From: a virus
Lineage: Duplodnaviria; Caudoviricetes
Virus record (IMG/VR): IMGVR_UViG_3300023055_000119
Span: 1-54,648 of that record
Direction: 5' to 3' (one strand)
DNA: 54,648 nucleotides
In this document: positions 44,672 through 53,040 of the stretch, one piece after another
Numbering within the stretch: position 1 is the first letter of the stretch
Layout of the letters: every line of letters starts with the position of its first letter
Notes under the pieces: model-generated
Database searches by the model: none
What the model was told of the DNA's origin: nothing
Seen by the model: the letters and a program-made list of their open reading frames with translations, nothing else
Translations under genes and position numbers: made by a program

Positions 44672-44741
44672 ACAACCCGCTCCGGCGGGTTTTTTATTGG
44701 CTATCGGAAATCTAAAGACAACGTAACGGCGAGAGGTTGAG

Positions 44742-44957
44742 ATGTTTAGAGATAGGTCGAGTTTACGCACTCCTGACTGCCCAACATTTGAATTTGATGA
44801 TAGCGACGGCGACGTTTGCTGCATCCAGTTTTACCAAGATGGCGAAGGTGAATGCGGATTGGTTGAGCTACAGATTTATAGCGAGAGCGGATGCGCCACC
44901 TTCACTAAAGAACAGGCGCTGGCTCTCGCGAACAAGATTATTGAGCACTCTAAATAA
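44742..44957 (+). CDS. Hypothetical acidic phage protein
   Basis: GAGG SD; 71 aa. Confidence 0.55.
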   Translation: MFRDRSSLRTPDCPTFEFDDSDGDVCCIQFYQDGEGECGLVELQIYSESGCATFTKEQALALANKIIEHSK

Positions 44958-45037
44958 CAGGCTGCCTAACCCGCGGCCTTTTTTACGCCACCTGTTCCCT
45001 AAACAGCGTGGACGCAGCAGAACTTATAGAGGTGAGT

Positions 45038-45874
45038 ATGGAAACCAAGTTTCTTTCAGATGGCCGCAAGGTCGTCATTGTCGGGCAACTGAACAACACA
45101 GAAACCATCGTTCAGGAAGTATTTGTAACGCAGGCTGGCGATGAGTTGCCCGGTGGCGAGCGCTTTGTAGTTAAAAGCCTGCACGACCAGCCGGTTGAAT
45201 CATATCTGTCGCGTGAGAAGGCTAAGCAAGAGAAAGCCCTGGCTGATGCCAAGTCGAAGATTGAAGGGATCAACAAGGAGATTGGCGACCTGCGCAAAAC
45301 GCTTAGCTTCTGGAAAGAAATGGTTAAACAGGTGAGAGCCTTTTCTGAGCATATCGATGAGGCTGATTTAGACCACTTTGCAGATGTTATGACTGGTCAA
45401 GTTCGCTTTGCTGTTCGTCGCAATTATAGCCTGCCATCTATAGAGCGATTTGAAGATTTCATGTCGTCCATTGATAACTACTACGGTAATAAGAAATTCG
45501 AAGGCATTAAGTGCCTGTCAGTTTTGGGTAGTACTAATGGCGACATTGCCTTGGGGGTGAGTCGCTACTCAGACGGCAGTGGTGGAAGCGATGACGTTGA
45601 GTTCTACAAGACCATTGAAGAAGCAAGAGAGTGCGTTAAGCGAATTGCTATGGAAAGGTTTAACAAACATGGATTAGCCATCGAAGAGGTTAAGAAATGC
45701 CGCAAGATGGGCATTGAATTCAGCCTGGATGAGATGAAGCTAATCAAAGAGCGACTTTTTGCATCTTCAGAAAAGAATCTCGCCAACTATCAAGAACAGT
45801 TCGATAAGCATGTTAATCAGATAAACGATGGCAAAAAAGCCATTGAGCAGATGCTAAACGAAGCAATCAAATAA
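45038..45874 (+). CDS. Hypothetical phage protein (coiled coil)
   Basis: GAGGTG SD; long ORF followed by a terminator. Confidence 0.75.
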   Translation: METKFLSDGRKVVIVGQLNNTETIVQEVFVTQAGDELPGGERFVVKSLHDQPVESYLSREKAKQEKALADAKSKIEGINKEIGDLRKTLSFWKEMVKQVRAFSEHIDEADLDHFADVMTGQVRFAVRRNYSLPSIERFEDFMSSIDNYYGNKKFEGIKCLSVLGSTNGDIALGVSRYSDGSGGSDDVEFYKTIEEARECVKRIAMERFNKHGLAIEEVKKCRKMGIEFSLDEMKLIKERLFASSEKNLANYQEQFDKHVNQINDGKKAIEQMLNEAIK

Positions 45875-45920
45875 CCCGCCCCAGAGCGGGTTTCTTTTTA
45901 CCTTAACCAAGGCCAATACC

Positions 45921-45998
45921 ATGAGCACACAAGATTGCATTATCTGCTGGGTAGTGACTGCTTTGCTGATGGGGTTGGCGATGATAGCGAGGATTTGA
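45921..45998 (+). CDS. 25-aa hydrophobic peptide MSTQDCIICWVVTALLMGLAMIARI
   Basis: Fills the gap before 46000; weak SD. Confidence 0.4.
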   Translation: MSTQDCIICWVVTALLMGLAMIARI

Positions 45999-45999
45999 G

Positions 46000-46266
46000 A
46001 TGAGCGGATTTAATGGGACGCCGGGGCCATGGATAGTTGCGTTCCATGGGCCGGATAACTGCTGGGTTGTGGATAGCGAACGAGAGTCCGCGGTAGCAAA
46101 AATCATGCGTTATAAAAATAATGGCGTAACGCAGAAAGCTAATTTCGACCTAATCGCTGCGGCTCCAGAGCTTCTTGAGGCCGTACAGGAAGCCATGAAG
46201 TTCTCAATGAGCGAGGAAGCTTACAACAAATGCGCTGCCGCAGTGAGTAAGGCGTTGGGCCAGTAA
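46000..46266 (+). CDS. Hypothetical phage protein
   Basis: GTPGPW..AN..LIAAAPELLEA motif common in phage early regions. Confidence 0.7.
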   Translation: MSGFNGTPGPWIVAFHGPDNCWVVDSERESAVAKIMRYKNNGVTQKANFDLIAAAPELLEAVQEAMKFSMSEEAYNKCAAAVSKALGQ

Positions 46267-46279
46267 CCACTTACAACGC

Positions 46280-46405
46280 TCACTGCCTCCGGCACCGCTC
46301 CGAGCACTTACGCACTTCATCCCAGCACTTCTCCCACTTTTTACGCCAGGTGAAAGGCCGTCCACACACGATGCATATTTTGGTTGGGAGTTCACTTTTC
46401 TTCAT
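46280..46405 (-). CDS. DUF2256-like 41-aa Zn-binding protein (not in ORF track)
   Basis: [41 protein letters not shown]; GAGGTG SD. Confidence 0.8.
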   Translation of the reverse strand: MKKSELPTKICIVCGRPFTWRKKWEKCWDEVRKCSERCRRQ

Positions 46406-46606
46406 AACGCACCTCATCTGGAAAGTGATGCAGAGGGATTATTTTAGCTGATAGAGCAGCGCAATGCCCTCACTGAGGGCATTTCGGTGCTAGTCACCAA
46501 CGCCTTTAGAGGGCTCAGATAACCAGAACGTTAGACACCTTATGGGCTGCGCAATGCGGCCCAACTTTTTCCAACACCAATCAACCTAATTCAACGGAGT
46601 ATCCCC

Positions 46607-46780
46607 ATGCCTACTTATGCAATGGCTGGGGCGGCATCGGGCTGCCCCAAATTCGACGGCATCAAATCAATTATGTATGCGCGTCACAACACTCTCTCTG
46701 GTGCCGACTTCGCGCAGCCACCACGCAAGAGCTTCCTGCAAAAACTGGTCGAGCTTCTTAACCGGAGTATTGAGCCATGA
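46607..46780 (+). CDS. CIII-like protein (not in ORF track)
   Basis: YAMAG...GCP and LQKLVELLN resemble lambda CIII; GGAG SD. Confidence 0.6.
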   Translation: MPTYAMAGAASGCPKFDGIKSIMYARHNTLSGADFAQPPRKSFLQKLVELLNRSIEP

Positions 46781-46914
46781 GCGCGCCATCACCAGTGGAA
46801 CAATACCGCAAGCAACAGGAAGAAGCTGACCGGCTGGTAATGCTTAAGAAAAGTCAGCATCACCCATTCATCAACGGCCTGCTGAAATTCATTTTTGGGA
46901 GTGAAAAATCATGA
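46777..46914 (+). CDS. 45-aa hypothetical protein
   Basis: ATGA overlaps at both ends. Confidence 0.5.
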   Translation: MSAPSPVEQYRKQQEEADRLVMLKKSQHHPFINGLLKFIFGSEKS

Positions 46915-47081
46915 ACTTCCCGCAATCCCGTACGGCGCTTATTTCATGGCACCGCCACTATTTGGTACTGGCTAAAGAGAGCCGCCGCACTGGCGACAGA
47001 GAATCAGCAGCACACCTCCTATCAATGGCATCAGAGACACGCAAATGCATAACCATCCTCCACACAAAGACAGCAGCGTGA
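46911..47081 (+). CDS. 56-aa hypothetical protein
   Basis: ATGA/GTGA overlaps; GGGAG SD. Confidence 0.5.
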   Translation: MNFPQSRTALISWHRHYLVLAKESRRTGDRESAAHLLSMASETRKCITILHTKTAA

Positions 47082-47233
47082 GCGACGACGCAGCGTTTAT
47101 TGAATTCATGCAGGGTGCGCTGGGCGACCTGTCCAACCCTATGACATACGAGCAAGCCGCAAAGGATGCGATTGCCGATCACCGCACGGAATGCCAGTTT
47201 GAAATGATGGGAGGCACGAATGAGCGTCTATAA
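47078..47233 (+). CDS. 51-aa hypothetical protein upstream of the recombinase
   Basis: GTG start overlapping the upstream stop. Confidence 0.5.
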   Translation: MSDDAAFIEFMQGALGDLSNPMTYEQAAKDAIADHRTECQFEMMGGTNERL

Positions 47234-47849
47234 GGCGATTAGCGCTGTAGCCAAGGAAATGGCGGAGAAAGGCATTAGCAAGGACCGCAAGAACGTGCAG
47301 CAGAACTTCCAGTTTCGCGGTATCGATCAGGTTTACAACGCGCTGGCGCCAATGCTGGCAAAGCACGGGCTGGTAATCTTGCCACGAATTACAGAGCGCA
47401 CCGTAACTGAGCGAACCACACAGAAAGGCGGCGTCCTGTTTTACGTTGTGGTGAAGGCTGAGTTCGATTTCGTTGCCACTGAAGACGGCAGCATTCATAC
47501 CGTGACGACATACGGTGAAGCCATGGATAGCGGCGACAAGGCGACCAACAAGGCTATGTCGATCGCTTACAAGTACGCAGCGTTTCAGGCTTTTTGTATT
47601 CCTACGGAAGAAACCGCAGTTGATCCTGATGCAGAAGTTCACCATGTGGCGCCACAACAAAAAGCCAAACCTGCGCCGGATGCAGCGCTGGCTGCGTTCA
47701 CTGAGGCCGCTATGAAGAAGGCAACGCTGGAAGAGTTGAAACAGGCGTTCGCCAAAGCATGGCAGATGCTTGACGGCACGCCAGAGCAGCAGAAAGCGAA
47801 AGACGTTTACGAAATCAGGAAGTCTGAACTGGAAGGAGCGACAGCATAA
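47220..47849 (+). CDS. ERF-family single-strand annealing protein
   Basis: GEAMDSGDKATNKAMSIAYKYA..Q.F.IPT. Confidence 0.85.
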   Translation: MSVYKAISAVAKEMAEKGISKDRKNVQQNFQFRGIDQVYNALAPMLAKHGLVILPRITERTVTERTTQKGGVLFYVVVKAEFDFVATEDGSIHTVTTYGEAMDSGDKATNKAMSIAYKYAAFQAFCIPTEETAVDPDAEVHHVAPQQKAKPAPDAALAAFTEAAMKKATLEELKQAFAKAWQMLDGTPEQQKAKDVYEIRKSELEGATA

Positions 47850-48241
47850 TGCCCATCAATACGATCACAATCTCAGGCAACGTTGGGAAAGACGCCGTGT
47901 TGCGCGTAACCCCAAATGGCAAACACATTGCCACCTTCTCACTGCCGGCTAAATCTGGCTTTGGTGAGAATGAAAAAACATCCTGGCTGCAATGCAAAAT
48001 GTTCGGCGCTATGGCTGAGAAGCTTCACCAGAGCATCGTGAAAGGCGCAAAGATAACGGTGACTGGTTCATTCGTGAATGAGGAATGGACGCGTGATGAT
48101 GGCACCAAGGCGTCATCACCGACGATTCTGGTAAACGACATCGACCTTCCGCCACGCAATCAGGGAAACGCGCCATCGAATCAGCAGCAAGCGCGTGGGC
48201 AATCTACGGCACCTGAATACGACGATTCGATCCCCTTCTGA
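47849..48241 (+). CDS. ssb: Single-stranded DNA-binding protein
   Basis: N.ITISGNVGKD OB fold; C-terminal DDSIPF. Confidence 0.9.
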   Translation: MPINTITISGNVGKDAVLRVTPNGKHIATFSLPAKSGFGENEKTSWLQCKMFGAMAEKLHQSIVKGAKITVTGSFVNEEWTRDDGTKASSPTILVNDIDLPPRNQGNAPSNQQQARGQSTAPEYDDSIPF

Positions 48242-48267
48242 TTTAACCCACCAATAAGGCCTTCACC

Positions 48268-48591
48268 ATGAACCATTCACCGGTACAACCGGCGCATTTG
48301 TCACGCCTGGATGCAGCTGATGAAGAGATAAAGCGCCGTAAGCAGGAAGTACTGGATTGCGTGATGGCGGCCTTACAGGCGCAGGCTGCCGGCGCTGACC
48401 ACCCTCGCCTGTTAACGCCTGAGCGAAAGGAATCGCTCTACATCAAAGAGATTGAGCGGCGTGAGCATTACGAGATGTCAAAGCGCCCACCGCTGCCACA
48501 AATCATCGTGACGAAGAAAGTCGACGATTACGAATGGCGCGACTTTACGAACACCATTCGCGGGCGTTTCGGCGCTCAATTGCAAGAGTAG
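48268..48591 (+). CDS. Hypothetical phage protein
   Basis: 107-aa ORF in the early operon. Confidence 0.6.
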   Translation: MNHSPVQPAHLSRLDAADEEIKRRKQEVLDCVMAALQAQAAGADHPRLLTPERKESLYIKEIERREHYEMSKRPPLPQIIVTKKVDDYEWRDFTNTIRGRFGAQLQE

Positions 48592-48659
48592 CGGCACAGC
48601 GCCGCGCCAGATTAATCAACGCTGGCCTGTACCCGGTTGGCGAATGAGGGGAAAGAGAT

Positions 48660-49013
48660 ATGAGTGACGTAATCAAATACAGCATTGTCATTAAGAACGG
48701 AACGCACCACCTCGCAGAAAGTGATAGCGGCACCTTGGTTCTCGTGGATGACTACGCCGCCCTGCAGCAGAAGCTGGATGCGGTGCTGGCGGAGAATGCC
48801 CGCATGTTGAGCGACTATCGCGACATCCCGGAAATGAAACGGATTGGCGCACCATTAACCCCAGCCACTGATGCCATCCTCAACACGGTGCGAGCTGAGG
48901 GCGTGGACATGCTCGTCGCTGACAAGGTTTTCGAATGGATGGATTCTTACAGGGAGGATGCGCACAAGTTCGCCAACCAACTCCGCGCCGGCAGCACAGA
49001 AGGAGGTGTGTGA
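48660..49013 (+). CDS. Ead/Ea22-like early protein
   Basis: L.AENA..TPATDA.L..VRAEGV.M..FA.QLR. Confidence 0.65.
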   Translation: MSDVIKYSIVIKNGTHHLAESDSGTLVLVDDYAALQQKLDAVLAENARMLSDYRDIPEMKRIGAPLTPATDAILNTVRAEGVDMLVADKVFEWMDSYREDAHKFANQLRAGSTEGGV

Positions 49014-49342
49014 TGACTAGCAAAGCTATGCAGGACGTGGCGGCAGAGCGCCAAAGACAAAGGGAAATTGAAGGTTACAGTGAGCAGCATGACGATAGCT
49101 ATTTGGCTGGCATTCTTTCCCTTGCAGGTGCAGCTTACGCTGTCGCGGGTTCGGCGATGAATGGTGTTGGTACATATAGCTTGAGAGCAAAGAACCTGTG
49201 GCCGTGGCATGACAAAAGCTCATTCAAGCCATCGCAAAGTAACCATGCTTTGGATCGTCGGCGCGACTTGGTTAAAGCTGCTGCGCTGCTTATCGCGGAG
49301 ATTGAGCGCATTGACCGCACAACAGGAGCCACCCATGACTAA
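49013..49342 (+). CDS. Conserved phage protein
   Basis: DV.AERQRQ...EG.S..HDD.Y..WPW..RRDLVKAAAL.IAEIERIDR. Confidence 0.7.
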   Translation: MTSKAMQDVAAERQRQREIEGYSEQHDDSYLAGILSLAGAAYAVAGSAMNGVGTYSLRAKNLWPWHDKSSFKPSQSNHALDRRRDLVKAAALLIAEIERIDRTTGATHD

Positions 49343-49961
49343 CAACCAGCAACTTGCAGCAATCACAGCAGAAGAACATGTGGCGCTGATTGCTGACTGC
49401 AAATCTGATATCGATTTCCTCACCACGGAAATTAATAAGTTCACCGCGAAGAAGGTGCCGCCTTCTGTTATGGCAAGAATGCTGAGCCAGCTTAAGCGCC
49501 AGCAAATGGCACTTGCCGCACTCACCCAGCCTGCAAGCCAGGCTTTCAAGTTGCCTGAAACAATCAGCGTGCGAACTGCGATGGTTGCCCTGGATGATGC
49601 CGCTGCGATAACGACTATCGCACAAAGCTACAAGATGGCATGGAATGCCTGCATTGCTGAAACAAAACGCCTCAATGCCCCACACACAGCACAGATAGAG
49701 CCTATTTGTGCCACAGGTGGTGCAGAGTGGGTGAAGGTGCCACGCAAGTTGACCGCCGAGAATGGTGCAAAGTCAGCACTCATTGGAGAATTCAAAGAGG
49801 AATACTCGGTAGGTTGTCCAGAATGCTTTGGTGATGAAGAGTGTGAAACCTGCGACGGCAGTGGGCGCATCCACGTTGAAGTACCTGTTAGCTGGACAAC
49901 AATTAAAGATGTCTGGGGTAAAGCGATTGAGCACTTTGATGAGGCAGCGCCGGAGGCCTAA
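49335..49961 (+). CDS. Eaa-like early protein with C-terminal Zn finger
   Basis: WNAC, VP..LTAENGAK, CPEC..CETCDGSG. Confidence 0.65.
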   Translation: MTNNQQLAAITAEEHVALIADCKSDIDFLTTEINKFTAKKVPPSVMARMLSQLKRQQMALAALTQPASQAFKLPETISVRTAMVALDDAAAITTIAQSYKMAWNACIAETKRLNAPHTAQIEPICATGGAEWVKVPRKLTAENGAKSALIGEFKEEYSVGCPECFGDEECETCDGSGRIHVEVPVSWTTIKDVWGKAIEHFDEAAPEA

Positions 49962-50642
49962 TTACGCAACCGGGTCATCAATCTCTTCTACCAGCTCATC
50001 ACCCTGATTATGGATATTCCCGACTTTTTTGCTGACCGGATGCCAGGCGAAATCTTTCTCTGGTACCGCAGCATCATGGGCGATTTCCTGTGCACGCTCA
50101 GGTGTCGTTTCTTCGCTTAGCCATTCACGTACAGCATCAGCAGTCAGCACCAGCGGGCGCCGGTCATGGATATCAACCATACCCTTGTTGCTTGATGACG
50201 TGACGATGACGAAGCCCTCTTTATCGTGGTCTTTACCATATGGCGCTTTGCCGATGGCGGCGAAGAACAGCGGCGTTTTTTTCTTGTGGTAGATGAAGTA
50301 AGGCTGATTCTTGTCGCCGTCCTTCTTCCATTCATACCAGCCGTCAGCCGGCACAATGGCGCGGCCGTGATTCCACAGAGGTTTGAACATGCGCCCGGTG
50401 GCAGCGGTTTCGCCACGTGCATTGATGAGAGGTTGCTTATCCCACCACTCCGGCCCGTATCCCCAATACACCGGATCGAGATGCAGCGCTTCGTCTCGTT
50501 CATTGAGCATTAGCACCTTCGTGCCGGGGGCGACGTTAAACCGCCCTATCGGCTCATGGTCATACTGGATTTCGTCAGCCTTAAGGCCTAGCGATTCAAA
50601 GTATTCATCTCTGCTGCTGTACTGGGCGAATCGTCCACACAT
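49962..50642 (-). CDS. SRAP/YedK abasic-site-protecting protein
   Basis: MCGRF (catalytic Cys2), FNVAP, INARGET, ADGWYEW, IHDRRP. Confidence 0.93.
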   Translation of the reverse strand: MCGRFAQYSSRDEYFESLGLKADEIQYDHEPIGRFNVAPGTKVLMLNERDEALHLDPVYWGYGPEWWDKQPLINARGETAATGRMFKPLWNHGRAIVPADGWYEWKKDGDKNQPYFIYHKKKTPLFFAAIGKAPYGKDHDKEGFVIVTSSSNKGMVDIHDRRPLVLTADAVREWLSEETTPERAQEIAHDAAVPEKDFAWHPVSKKVGNIHNQGDELVEEIDDPVA

Positions 50643-50697
50643 ATGCACCTCCTGTTTTAAGGATAGCGCGGTATACTCGCTTCAGGAGGACAACATC

Positions 50698-50940
50698 ATG
50701 TCTCACAATTTGGCAGCACGCAGCAGAGAAGAGCGCGACAGGATTAACGTTGATTTAGCCGCATCTGGAGTGGCTTACAAGGAGCGCATGAACCTGCCGG
50801 TTATCGCCATGGAAGTGGAGATGCAGCAGCCGGAGGAGCTTCGTGAATACTTTCGTGAGCGCCTGCAGCATTACAGGAATGTCGCGCTGCAGTTCCCGCG
50901 TGGTAGTGATCCGGTTTATCAGAAGGAGAGCAAGGATTGA
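50698..50940 (+). CDS. DNA polymerase III theta homolog (HolE/Hot-like)
   Basis: NLA....EE.DRINVDLAASGVAYKERMNLPV...EVE.QQPE.LR.YFRERL. Confidence 0.9.
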   Translation: MSHNLAARSREERDRINVDLAASGVAYKERMNLPVIAMEVEMQQPEELREYFRERLQHYRNVALQFPRGSDPVYQKESKD

Positions 50941-51446
50941 GTTGGCATCATGGAGATTATATAGACTTTTTCGCGGCCATTGGTGGCATGGTATCTGCTG
51001 GAGCAGCTGCATATGCAGCAATTCAAAGCCGCAAAAGTGCCAGTGATACGTTTAACCAGCAAAAAGAACTATTCAGATTTGAACGAGAAAGACACCTACT
51101 GGACCTCTTAAGGGCTGAAGCTAGCAAGGCCAATGAAAGCGTAAAAAACACCATGGGTCAGGACTGGACTTTTTTTCAAGCTGCAAATGCAACGTATGCA
51201 CTTGATGCTGCTAAACAAATTATCAGAGGTCAGAGTATTCAGCATACCTCGGATGAGGTCGAAAGATACAAGTTATTTTTCTTGGATCAACTTTGTTATG
51301 AAATAACTTCTGAAATGAATGAGGCTCATAACATGCCAGACGGTTTTTTGGACTCACATAAAGGCTTTCGCGAATCCCGAAAAATCATTCCTTTATGGTT
51401 AGATAATTTGCGCTTCTTTGATTTTTTAAGCGATGAGGTTAAATAG
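50937..51446 (+). CDS. AT-rich membrane-anchored hypothetical protein
   Basis: N-terminal TM; TTG start overlapping the theta stop; terminator at about 51475-51498. Confidence 0.65.
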   Translation: MSWHHGDYIDFFAAIGGMVSAGAAAYAAIQSRKSASDTFNQQKELFRFERERHLLDLLRAEASKANESVKNTMGQDWTFFQAANATYALDAAKQIIRGQSIQHTSDEVERYKLFFLDQLCYEITSEMNEAHNMPDGFLDSHKGFRESRKIIPLWLDNLRFFDFLSDEVK

Positions 51447-51518
51447 TTTTTAATTAATACGCCCACTAAGTAAATGCCGCCCACTGAGGCGGTTTTTTAT
51501 TGCCTATAGGAAACCGAA

Positions 51519-51758
51519 ATGATTAACACAGATTATCCGAATGAGCTTCGTACTAACCTCGTCGCAGCAGTTAAAGGATGCTTTGCAGATTGCGCTGATC
51601 AAAGCGAGCTCTATATCGCAGGCAACTGCATCGTTGAAATTCTCTCTGCGCTATCCATGAGCGATCAAGAACTGGTTTCTGTGCTTCAGGATGCATCAGG
51701 TGATGCTGCTGAGGTAGATGAATACATTGATAAAATGATTTCCAATATCACGGAGTAA
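51519..51758 (+). CDS. Hypothetical acidic protein
   Basis: 79-aa ORF with AGGA SD. Confidence 0.6.
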   Translation: MINTDYPNELRTNLVAAVKGCFADCADQSELYIAGNCIVEILSALSMSDQELVSVLQDASGDAAEVDEYIDKMISNITE

Positions 51759-51763
51759 TCGCT

Positions 51764-51970
51764 ATGTCTGACGAACTCGACCAGGCCTCAGAACTCGAAA
51801 TGCTCAACATGCAGATTGCGCTGGCGAATCGCCAGAAGCCAACAATGATATTCACCGGCGCCTGTCACTACTGCGAGGAGAAAGTGGATAAGGGCTTCTT
51901 CTGCTGCCCTGAGTGCCGGGAAGATTATGAGCGCGTGCAGTGGGCGCAGAAGCAGAGGGCATTCATGTGA
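51764..51970 (+). CDS. TraR/DksA-like C4 zinc-finger protein
   Basis: MSDELDQASELE..CHYC..FCC.ECREDYE. Confidence 0.7.
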   Translation: MSDELDQASELEMLNMQIALANRQKPTMIFTGACHYCEEKVDKGFFCCPECREDYERVQWAQKQRAFM

Positions 51971-52173
51971 GTAAAAATTACGCTAACTGGAATATCACTC
52001 TAAATACCGATTGCCCTAAGTGCGAAGAATGTTTCGACTTAATTGAGCAGGACGATGACTTTTGGGTCGATGCTCGTTATAAGGCCTGCGAGCATGACAC
52101 AAGAAATACACGCGACGTAGAAGTCGAGTGTCCTGAATGCGGTCATAAGTTCAAAGTCGATTTCTGCTACTAA
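51967..52173 (+). CDS. Small zinc-ribbon protein
   Basis: CPKC..CPECG. Confidence 0.6.
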   Translation: MSKNYANWNITLNTDCPKCEECFDLIEQDDDFWVDARYKACEHDTRNTRDVEVECPECGHKFKVDFCY

Positions 52174-52224
52174 TCCCTCGCCCCACCCCATTAACCTTTA
52201 TCGCGCTCTGCGTGAGGAGTTGTT

Positions 52225-52587
52225 ATGTCTGAAGAACCTTCAGCTTTTCGGACGGTATATCGCACTGCAAGGAAGGGGCACAAATGTTGCGAATGCCGAC
52301 AGCCCATAGTGACCAGTGAGCGATATCTTTATTCATCTGGTATCTGGGATGGAGAACCGAGTGATTACAAGCAATGCCTAATCTGTGCAGAGGTCATGGC
52401 ACGCGCGGCGGCCATTTCAGATGACCCAGAGGAAAAACCATGCTTCACAGCTCTCAGGGAGTGGTTTGCTAATCAGGTCTGCCGGGAGTTTCAGGGTGAT
52501 GAATTCGTAGCTGTGTTTGCCCGAGACATGCAGGTATCTCCTGAAAAAATTTGGCACGTCCTTGGCAATGGGTTCTTTGATGAATGA
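52225..52587 (+). CDS. Cys-rich phage protein
   Basis: ARK.HKCCEC..I..E.Y..G.WDG..K.C..C. Confidence 0.7.
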   Translation: MSEEPSAFRTVYRTARKGHKCCECRQPIVTSERYLYSSGIWDGEPSDYKQCLICAEVMARAAAISDDPEEKPCFTALREWFANQVCREFQGDEFVAVFARDMQVSPEKIWHVLGNGFFDE

Positions 52588-52691
52588 CCGCCACCTGCGA
52601 AGACATCACCCCGGCTGAGGTCATCATCGACTTCAGCCTTCTCGCTGCAGTAATCATCGCTTTTATCCTCGGCAAACCACCTAAGGAGTGA
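52584..52691 (+). CDS. 35-aa membrane peptide MTATCEDITPAEVIIDFSLLAAVIIAFILGKPPKE
   Basis: ATGA overlap; one TM. Confidence 0.45.
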   Translation: MTATCEDITPAEVIIDFSLLAAVIIAFILGKPPKE

Positions 52692-52760
52692 GTGTGGCTA
52701 TATGGTCACATTTGCTCTGATTGGATGGGATTGTTGTTATATACCGACATTGGAGAATCC

Positions 52761-53009
52761 ATGGAAAACGTTATTCAACTGGCGCCAAGTAAATGGGTGT
52801 CGGAATCTGTACTCATGGCGATAACCGGCATGAAGAAAAACACCATCAAAACTGCCCGCGAAGTGTCATGGATGGAGGGGCGAGAATACAAACACGTCGC
52901 GCCGGACGGCATCCCCTATGACAACAGCATGTGTTTTTACGACTGGAAGCTCATAGAGAAATGGATTGAGAAGCAACCGCCGGCGATCCCCCGCAAGAAA
53001 TCTGCTTAA
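52761..53009 (+). CDS. Excisionase
   Basis: VIQLAP.KWVSE..L.A.TG....I..AR..SWMEGREY.HV, directly upstream of int. Confidence 0.82.
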   Translation: MENVIQLAPSKWVSESVLMAITGMKKNTIKTAREVSWMEGREYKHVAPDGIPYDNSMCFYDWKLIEKWIEKQPPAIPRKKSA

Positions 53010-53040
53010 ATGTGCTTCCCTTTCACAGCGAGGAAATGAG

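Noticed and set aside
52692-53040. CII-dependent pI promoter for int
   Set aside because: No TTGC-N6-TTGC found; the nearest match has the wrong spacing
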